From assembly GCF_009914755.1 (NCBI RefSeq), contig NC_060938.1: 64,000 bases of DNA; one strand, written 5' to 3'. The stretch is from the human T2T-CHM13v2.0 reference genome, Homo sapiens. The position numbers and the translations under genes were made by a program. Position 1 is the first letter of the stretch; each line of letters begins with the position of its first letter. The notes under the pieces were generated by a model, which had not been told where the DNA came from, did no database searches, and saw only the letters and a list, made by a program, of their open reading frames with translations. This document shows positions 54,656 to 64,000 of the stretch, in pieces.

Positions 54656-56712
54656 ATTATCACCTATTCTGAAATCAAATAACACATTCTTGACAGGAAG
54701 GCACCATAATATTTGTGCTTCCAGGTGGGAGCGATAGAGCTTCCATCAAATAAACATGTGCTTATTCATTTGTTAAACTGCAAAAACCAAGAAAGGTAAT
54801 TTTACATAATTTTAATTCACCTAAATGGAAAACATTAAATTTATTTCCCCTGTCCCTCCTCCACCCTTCCCTCAGAAAAGACTGAGGAGGACAACAAAGA
54901 ACATCCTGTCTTAGGCACCTTAGCTGAGTCACCATGAATCACTGGGCATATTGTTTCTTAATTTGTATCTACTTCTTAATGTGGCGTTCTTGATCAATAT
55001 TTTTTAGAATCCTTTTAAATATACTGTTACTTAATCTTGAATCCCAGCTACAAAATATAACATGTTGTTGGCTCTGAATTACTTCTCAAACTTGTATGAC
55101 CGCTATTGCCTTCTGCATAGATTCTTTGGCTCCCTTCCTTTCACAACAGGGATTTAGCAGTTATCCCAAGGAAATCAAAGACCCATGACTATTTTATATC
55201 TCAAGTAAAATATGGCAATTCAGACTATTCCTGATTCTTTTTCTTCATTTGCTCTGTAGAGTCAGAATTTGAGTGAGGCCCTAGGGATCCTCCCCATCTC
55301 AGAGCAAGTTCAAAAGTCTTCCAAAAGGAACTTACTTCTACGCTCAGTACTGACTGAAGAGAAGGCATGAATAAGGTGCAGAGTGAAAACAAGGGCAGAT
55401 ATTTTGAAGGTGGAATTAAAGAGATAGATATCCTTCTGGTGTTTAAAGTCCTCATGCTTTCCTATATGTTGTTAGAGAATTTCCTTGCTTTATAAATTTT
55501 TGGTATAGAAAATACTGAATTTTGATAACAAATCTATTACATTTCTGGTTATGTGCATTATACTCTGAGTAAATAAGAAATCAGATTTTTTCTTTTGAAC
55601 CCAAATTTTATTCTTTTAAGAGATATATTCAAAGAAGTAAAAACTAGCAGGACCTTTGGGCAATTATATGAACTTTGGTTACAAATCTGTTTATTTACCT
55701 ACTGTTACTACCACTCTGGTAGAGAGAACACATTTCTTTCTCAACTGGTGAATTAATCAACAGTGACCAACTCAACTCAGTAATTGTAAAATCTCAGTAA
55801 AAACCTGCCCAAAAAAATCATGGAACTTTCTCCACCTGTTGATAACTTGCCTAATTTCCTATCCATACGTCCCTCCTTTATACTTGGAGCCTCTTGATCC
55901 AGACCCACATCCTCACTCCCTCCACTCTCTCAAGCTCTGAGATTTATACTCCCTCCATCATGGATCTGAACAGCTCTAGTTCAGCACTAGGGGAATGGAC
56001 ATCAAGCCAGCCTTAATATTAGGCCTGTTTGTTGTCTCCTACTCCATCTTGGGCACGTAAAGTTTGACTACTGTGCTTCTAAACCTAAGCCCTTGCCTTG
56101 TAGCCTAGTTCTAGCATGTACCTTAAATACTGACCTTCATAAACTGCTCAGTCTCCCAGGTTCCATACCTTTACCTTGCTCATGCCAGTTTCCACACTCA
56201 TTCTCCATTCCCACTGACATCATTTGATTACTGACACAAAATCCCACTTGTGGAGCTAGAGCCACCTACTTTCTCTGGTGCTCTGCCCACCTGGACTTCT
56301 TTCCACTGCTCACAACAAGATGTACTCTTCAGCCTCAGCTCTGTTCTGTGGGTTCTCCAACCCATCACAGACCAGAGTCCCAGTTCTAGCCCTCCTTTTC
56401 TCACACTATATTCCGTCTTAAGGAGAATAACATATTCCAGTTATGCCTTACTTTAGTATTTCTCAAAACTATGTAACAGTAAGTGGGCTAATCATTGCTA
56501 TTTTTCTAGTCAATAATACTTAACAGATCACAAAACATTATGGCCCAAAAGAACATCAAAATTTGTATAATAATGCCCCAGATGAAGAATAATTCAAATA
56601 ATTGAATCTAAAAACCTTCAAAACTCAACCTCACATAGATAGCTGTCTTCAGTTTTCTGCTGGTGAGATGCTATAAAATTATTCCAAATGTACAAGTGTC
56701 TTCTAGAATATT

Positions 56713-56830
56713 GCTACTCAAGAGTGGTGCCTGGAGCTTGCTAAGAGTATAGACTCTTAGGCCCTGACTCCAGACCTACTGAATTGGAAACTGTAACAAA
56801 ATTTTCAAATTTGAAAAGCATTTTTCTAGA
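56713..56830. mobile_element. MER5A fragment
   Basis: GCTACTCAAGAGTGGT...CCTGGAGCTTGCTAAGA...CCAGACCTACTGAAT. Confidence 0.6.
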
Positions 56831-57046
56831 ACTCCTTGAACTCTTAACTACTTAGGTTTTCTCCAATAACTTTGGAAAACATGTAACTCTTTTCATCTTT
56901 ATACTATTAATATTTCTATTTGAGGTGCCACCTCTCTACCATTCTATGTGGATCTGATTGAGCTGCTGAGTGTCCTCTCTCTCCTCCCAACTCCCACTAA
57001 GGGATAAGCCTGTGAGCTACACTGAGCTGATTACAAGATGACAGCC

Positions 57047-57419
57047 TGATATGGTTTGGCTGTGTCTCCACTCAAATTTCATCTTGAATTGCAGCTCCCA
57101 CAATCCTTATGTGTCATGGGAGGGACCTGGTAGAAGCTAATTGAATAATGGGGCGGTCACCTCCATGCCGTTCTCATGATAGTGAGTGAGTTCTTACAAG
57201 ATGTGATGGTTTTATAAGGAGCTTTTCTCCCACTTCACTCTGTACTTCTTGCTGCAACCATGTGAAGAAGGATGTGTTTGCTTCCCCTTCTGCCATGATT
57301 GTAAGTTTCCTGAGGCCTCTCCAGCCATGCTGAACTGTGAGTCCATTAAACCTCTTTCCTTTATAAATTACCCAGTCTCGGGTATGTCTTCATTAGCAGC
57401 ATGAGAACAGACTAATACA
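57047..57419. mobile_element. THE1-type solo LTR nested in an older MLT1 LTR (about 56990-57838)
   Basis: TGATATGGTTTGGCTGTGTC...AAACCTCTTTCCTTTATAAATTACCCAGTCTCGGGTATGTC...GACTAATACA; 5-bp TSD CAGCC/GAGCC. Confidence 0.9.
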
Positions 57420-59206
57420 GAGCCCCCTGGAAACAGTGTCTGGTTTGAGGAGCAAGTATGGCAAATAATCCAAGCCAGAACAATTAATAATTTATGACAT
57501 TTTCCAAATTGGAGGCTAAGAGATAGCTTTCTCTTTCCTTTTGGAGCTGAAGTTTTAGGCTAATGATGCCTGTGTTACCAGAGGCCACATTTCTGCCATG
57601 GGAAGAAACGCCTCATGCAATACAAAAGAATGAAACTAAGCCGAAAGGAGCAGAGATGAGAGCCAGATAAGGAAAGAGAACCATAAAAGCGTTGTTTGAG
57701 ACCCTGGATCCAGGCATGCCCAAGGCCATAAGTTCCTCAGATTTGCCAGTTACCTGAACAAATAAAAGTCTCTCTTTTTCACTTCAGCTAGTTTGAATTG
57801 GTTTTTTATCCTTGCAGCTAGGCTTCTTGACTAATACACAGTTCATACATTTGAAGATGGCTATACTTCCAGTTTTTTTTTTTTTTTTAATAATCAGCTT
57901 ATTTTTTAAAATCCCTTTTCCCATAGATTTTCTAAACTGACAACCATTTGGGGGATATGGAGTGCTACTATGAAATCTCCAAACCCCTACCTGTTTTTCC
58001 TAATAGTCTATTTATTCCACCACCCCTTGGAACCCCCCTCCCCACCGAAGCTCCTAGGAATCCTGTTCAGAGCGTCTTTGTTATCAAAGCTGATGTATGT
58101 GGGGTTTTTTGCCTCCCTGATTGGTGATGTTTCTGAATATTTTTCAAGTCTTATATATGAACACTCACACTGTTGAGAGGACAATAGATTGGCATATTTA
58201 TAAGTGGATCCTGAGAACACTTAATGGAGGCTCCATGCATTAATCCTACAAGGAGAGCCACTGTAAGCTAATAATGATGAAGGATCTAAATGGTTACAAT
58301 GCTTTGCTTTTGAAAACATTGAGTGCATCGTGGCCATTTTAAAAGATTGCTTCAGTTCCGATTATTTGGTAAAGCTAAAGCAAAGGAGTAAAAACATTTG
58401 CTTTAGAAAGCCAATTCTAACTAACTATGGGGCAAATGCAAACCATCGCATTTATCCACTTATCCTTGGAATCTAGAGAAAACAAATGTGCATATAGTGA
58501 TACAGACAGGAGTAACCTAAAATCATTTTTTTAATCTTGAAGGGACATGGCCATTATAACATGCCAAAGCTCTTTTTTACTTTGTTTAAAAATAACCACT
58601 TATCTATAACACTGGAGTTAGACTAATGTTAGAGAAAAACCCCTTCAGAAACATTTCCAAACCATACCTGTATAGTAAGGTCAGGAGAGGGCAGACCATT
58701 CAACTATGTTCAACATAATGGATTTATGTAAACCAGTGAGCATCACTGTATTTCAGTCATAAAACTCCATTATTTATGTTTCATGATTGTGTCTTACTGT
58801 TTTAAAACAAACAAACAAACAATGCTAGCGTAGGTCAGACCAATGATCCATCTACTTCAGTAGCTCTTTTTTTTTCCTAACTATAACTTACTTAATTGGA
58901 GAAAAGGCCAGGCAATATTCCTCCCCTACATGTTCCCACTTTCTGGGGAAAAAATAACTTGATAATAAAATGGCAACCACACATAAAATCACAAGAAAAA
59001 TAACAGCAATTCTAGTATTTTCATTAATACACCAGTAGGAACAATTTAAAACTACAGCCAACTGAAGATAGCACTAGTGATATACCATGATAATATAATA
59101 TCCTACTGAAAAATTGGGAGGAATTCCAACTATATGTACATATGCAACGTAAGAGCTTTGTAGCATCTTGTGCAGGCTTGTTAGCAAGCTATATTCTCGT
59201 ATATAT

Positions 59207-59782
<576 letters not shown>

Positions 59783-59786
<4 letters not shown>

Positions 59787-59833
59787 ATTATATTATATTC
59801 ACTATTATATTATGTTCACTATTATATTATGGT
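59783..59833. repeat. 17-bp tandem repeat x3
   Basis: CACTATTATATTATATT / CACTATTATATTATGTT / CACTATTATATTATGGT. Confidence 0.9.
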
Positions 59834-60095
59834 TAGGAGCATCGTCTAGAGTCAGGCTGTCTGAGTTTGAAACCCAGTTTCATCATATGTAAAGTGGAGT
59901 TAATAATAACATAATTATATATAATTGTGAAGATTACAGGGGTATTTATATATAAAGTACATAGAACAGTGCCTAACACATACTGAGCAGTCAATATATG
60001 TTCACTATATATATCTCCCTGGTAATATACTGATTCCCATTTATGGACTCCAAATTTTAGTATTTCACTAAATTTTAGTGATTCATTTAGTAAGT

Positions 60096-61378
60096 GTATT
60101 AGTCAACTCTGGTTGCCATAACAAAATAACATAGACTGATGGCTTAAACAACAAAAAGTGGTTTCCTTACCAGTCTGGAGGCTGAAAATGCAAGATCAGT
60201 GGGCCAACAGTGTTGGTTTCTGGTTAGGCATCTCTCCTTGGCTGGCAGATGGAAACTTCTTGCCTTGTCCTCACATGGCCTTTTCTCTTTTTTAATTATA
60301 CTTTAAGTTCTAGGGTACATGTGCACAACATGCAGGTTTGTTACATATGTATACATGTGCCATGTTGGTGTGTTGCACCCATTAGCTCGTCATTTACATT
60401 AGGTATATCTCCTAATGCTATCCTTCCCCTCTCCCTCCACCCCACGACAGGCCCCGGTGTGTGATGTTCCCCTTCCTGTGTCCAAGTGTTCTCATTGTTC
60501 AATTCCCACCTATGAGTGAGAACATGCGGTGTTTGGTTTTTTGTCCTTGCAATAGTTTGCTGAGAATAATGGTTTCCAGCTTCATCCATGTCCGTAGAAA
60601 GGACGTGAACTCATCCTTTTTTATGGCTGCATAGTATTCCATGGTGTATATGTGCCACATTTTCTTTATCCAGTCTATCATTGATGGACATTTGGGTTGG
60701 TTCCAAGTCTTTGCTATTGTGAATAGTGCCACAGTAAACATATGTGTGCATGTGTCTTTATAGCAGCGTCACATGGCCTTTTCTTTGTGCAGAGCACAGA
60801 GAGAAAGAGCTCTGGTGTCTCTTCCTCTTCTTCTTTTAAGGTGTTATGGACTGAATGTCTGTGTTCTTCCAAAATTCATATGTTGAAGCCTTAACCCCAG
60901 TGTAATGATATTTGGAGGTGGGGCCTTAGGGAGTAATTAGATATGGATGAGGTCAAGATGGTGGGGCCCCCATCATGGGATTAATGTCCTTACAGGAAGA
61001 GGAAGAGAGACAAAAGCTCTCTTACTTGCGTGCTCTCTCTCTCTCTTTCTGCCATGTGAGAACACAATGAGAAGGCAACCAGCCAGGAAGAGGGCCCTCA
61101 CCAGGAACTGAATCTGCTGGCACTTTGATCTCGGACTCCCAGCCTCCAGAAATAAATGCCTGTTATTCCAGCCACCCAGTCTATGGTACCTTGTTACAGC
61201 AGCTCAAGCAAACTAACACATGAGAACATCAGCCTTTTGAATCAGGGCCCTGACTTCATGACCTCATTTAATCTTAATTACCTTCTTAAGGACCTTATTT
61301 CCAAATAAAGTCACACTAGGGGTTAGGGTTTCAACATAGGTACTTGGGGTCAGGGGGTGACACAATTCAGCCCATATA
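60096..61378. mobile_element. MLT1 LTR containing two nested insertions
   Basis: TGTATTAGTC...TGCCATAACAAAATAC start; GACACAATTCAGCCCATA end; opposite-orientation MLT1A-like LTR at 60842-61219. Confidence 0.8.
60287..60768 (-). mobile_element. 5'-truncated young L1PA 3' end
   Basis: ORF2 C-terminus and 3'UTR; perfect 16-bp TSD TCACATGGCCTTTTCT (60271-60286, 60769-60784). Confidence 0.93.
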
Positions 61379-61629
61379 GTCCCGTAGATATATATAAAAC
61401 TGAAAGCCAATGGACTCAAAATTTTGGATCCATTCACAACCCGCCAAGAGGACCAGGTGGCTATAGATGACTGAGAAATATTCATCTTAATAAACAGTCT
61501 GTCCATGGCATAAAAGGTATTTGACAAATAGGCAGGATAGTTCCCCATGACATCAATCTCAAAACCTTTCTGTGTATTTCCAAACCAGTCCAAGTTTAAT
61601 AACTTAGTATAAATTGAGTAGCCTTGATT

Positions 61630-63438
61630 TTTAAAAATTTTTATTTTTTTTTAACTTTTATTTTAGGTTCAGGGGTCCATGTGCAGGTTTGTTATATAGG
61701 TAAACTTGTCGCAAGGGTTTGTGGTACAGATTATTTCATCACCCAGGTACTAAGTCTAGCACCCAATAGTTACTTTTTCTGATCCTCTCACTCCTCCAGC
61801 CCTTTATTCTCAAGTAGGCCCAAGTGTCTGTTGTTCCCCTATTTGTATACATGAGTTCTCATCATTTAGCTGCCACTTATAAGTGAGAACATGTGGTACT
61901 GGGTTTTCTGTTCCTGCATTAGTTTGTTATGGATAATGGCCTCCAGCTCCATCCATGTTCCCTCAAAAGACATGATTTTGATCTTTTTCATGACTTCATA
62001 GTATTCCATGGTGTATATGTACCACATTTTCATTATCCAATTTGTCACTGATGGGCATTTAGGTTGATTCTATGTCTTGGTTATTGTGAATAGTGCTGCA
62101 GTGAAAATTCACATGTATGTATCTTTGTGGTAGAATGATTTATATCCCTTTGGGTATGCACCCAGTAATGGGATTGCTGGGTTGAATGGTAGTTCTATTT
62201 TTAGCTCTTTAAGGAATCACCACACTGCTTTCCACAGTGGTTGAACTAATTTACACTTTCACCAACAATGTGTAAGCATTCACTTTTCTCTGCAACCTCT
62301 CCAGCATTTGTTATTTTTTGACTTTGTAATAACAGCCATTCTGACTGTGTGTGTGAGATGGTATCTCATTGAGGCTTTGATTTGCATTTCTCTAATTATC
62401 AGTTGTGTTGAGCTTCTTTCATATGCTTGTTGGCTGCATGTATGTCTTCTTTTGAAAAGTGTTCATGTTTCTTTCATATGTTTGTTGGCTGCATGTATGT
62501 CTTCTTTTGAAAAGTGTTCATGTCCTTTGCCCACTTTTTAATGGGGTTGGTTTTTTTCTTGTAAATGTGTTTAAGTTCCTTATAGATGCTGGATGTTAAA
62601 CTTTTGTCAGATGCACAGTTTACAAATATTTTATCCCATTCTGTAGGTTGTCTGTTTACTCTATTGATGGTGTCTTTGGCTGTGCAGAAGCTCTTAAGTT
62701 TAATTAGGTCCCATTTATCAATTTTTGCTTGTTGCAATTTGCTTTTGGCAGGTTTGTCATGAAATCTTTGCCCATTCCTATGTCCAGAATGGTATCGCCT
62801 AGATTGTCTTCCTTTGGGTTTTATATTTAGGTCTTTAATCCATCTTTGATTTTTGTATATGGTGTAAGACAGGAGCCCTGTTTCAATCTTCAACATGTGG
62901 CTAGCCAGTTATCCCAGCACCATTTATTGAATAGAGAGTCCTTTCTCCACTGCTTTTTTTTGTCAGCTTTGTCAAAGATCAGATGATTATAGGTGTGCAG
63001 TCTTATTTCTGGGCTCTCTATTCTGTTCTATTGGTCTATGAGTCTGTTTTTATACCAGTGCCATGCTGTTTTGGTTACTATAGCCCTGTAGTATAGTTTG
63101 AAGTCAGGTAACATGATGCCTACAGCTTTGTTCTTTTTGCTTACAATTGCCTTGGCTATTCAGGCTCTTTTTTGGTTCTATATGAATTTTAAAATAGTTT
63201 TTTCTAGTTCTGTGAAGAATGTCATTGGTAGGACAATGATGGGAATAGCATTGAATCTGTAAATTGCTTTGGGCAATATAGCCATTTTAATGATATTGAT
63301 TCTTTCTATCCATGAGCATGGAATATTTTTTCATTTGTTTGTGTCATCTCTGATTTCTTTGAGCAGTGTTTTATAATTCTCATTGTAGAGATCATTCACC
63401 TCTCTGATTAGCTGTATTCCTAGATATTATTCTTTTTG
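61630..63438 (-). mobile_element. 5'-truncated older L1 (L1PA13-16-like)
   Basis: 3'UTR TTTTAACTTTTATTTTAGGTTCAGGGG; ORF2 3' half ([17 protein letters not shown]); contains a 55-bp tandem duplication at 62414-62523. Confidence 0.9.
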
Positions 63439-64000
63439 TAATAGGCTTGAATTAATTATAATTCTTAGCCTATATCACCTCTTGGAGTATTAAGTTTAAC
63501 AGCTGCCTATTAAAGTAAGTTGTTTCTTCTTATTTATTTTAAAATTGATTTGTCAAATACTGAAGTGTGCGCCCAAATTTTTGTATTTTGGAATTAGATA
63601 TAAATGGTCTTTTTTTTTTTAACAAATGGTCCTTTTAAAATTTGATTATATTTTTTTCAGATTTTGCACTTCTATATCCATGATCTGTGGTGTCAATCTA
63701 TCCTCACTCAGCAATTCTTTTATTTTCTTAATCATCTTACAGCTTTACAGCCTTTTCTAGATCTTTACTTGAGATTAAGCAGTCAAGATTCTAACAGATA
63801 GGAATTTGAACAAAGGTAGGATAACATTCTCTATTTTTTCCAGTTTTTAGTATGAGGATGTTACTATTTTTCACTTCTGTATTCATGGTTTTATCTCTTT
63901 CTGCTTTTATCTAGTTTTTTGGCTGAGGTAACATATTAGGTAAAAATCTTCTGGAAACAATCCAGATGGGCTCCTAAATCCTGTCCCTATGTTGGAAATC

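Overview
Human (primate, Alu-rich) genomic DNA recognisable as the 14q23.1 SIX6 locus. Left part: the 5' end of C14orf39 (SIX6OS1, synaptonemal-complex central element) on the minus strand, with non-coding exon 1 in a CpG island near 8.3 kb and coding exons 2-5 reading off the left edge. 14.2-19.3 kb: a full-length, disabled SALL4 processed pseudogene (minus strand) inserted with an 11-bp target-site duplication (TSD) into an L2 element. 31.7-33.6 kb: the complete two-exon SIX6 gene (246 aa), carrying Asn at codon 141. A second CpG island lies at 37.0-38.3 kb. Right part: gene-poor, with a full-length decayed L1PA (45.6-51.7 kb), further L1 pieces, MaLR LTRs, hAT MITEs and Alus. I found no convincing wholly new protein-coding system. 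The most interesting signals are (i) a reconstructable long antisense C14orf39 leader that starts downstream of SIX6, crosses it, and uses an L1-derived 135-nt exon bracketed by inverted Alus, adding uORFs that overlap the SIX6OS1 start codon, and (ii) a 77-bp inverted repeat whose outer end coincides with the L1 target-site duplication. Repeat subfamily names and repeat boundaries were judged by eye and are approximate.
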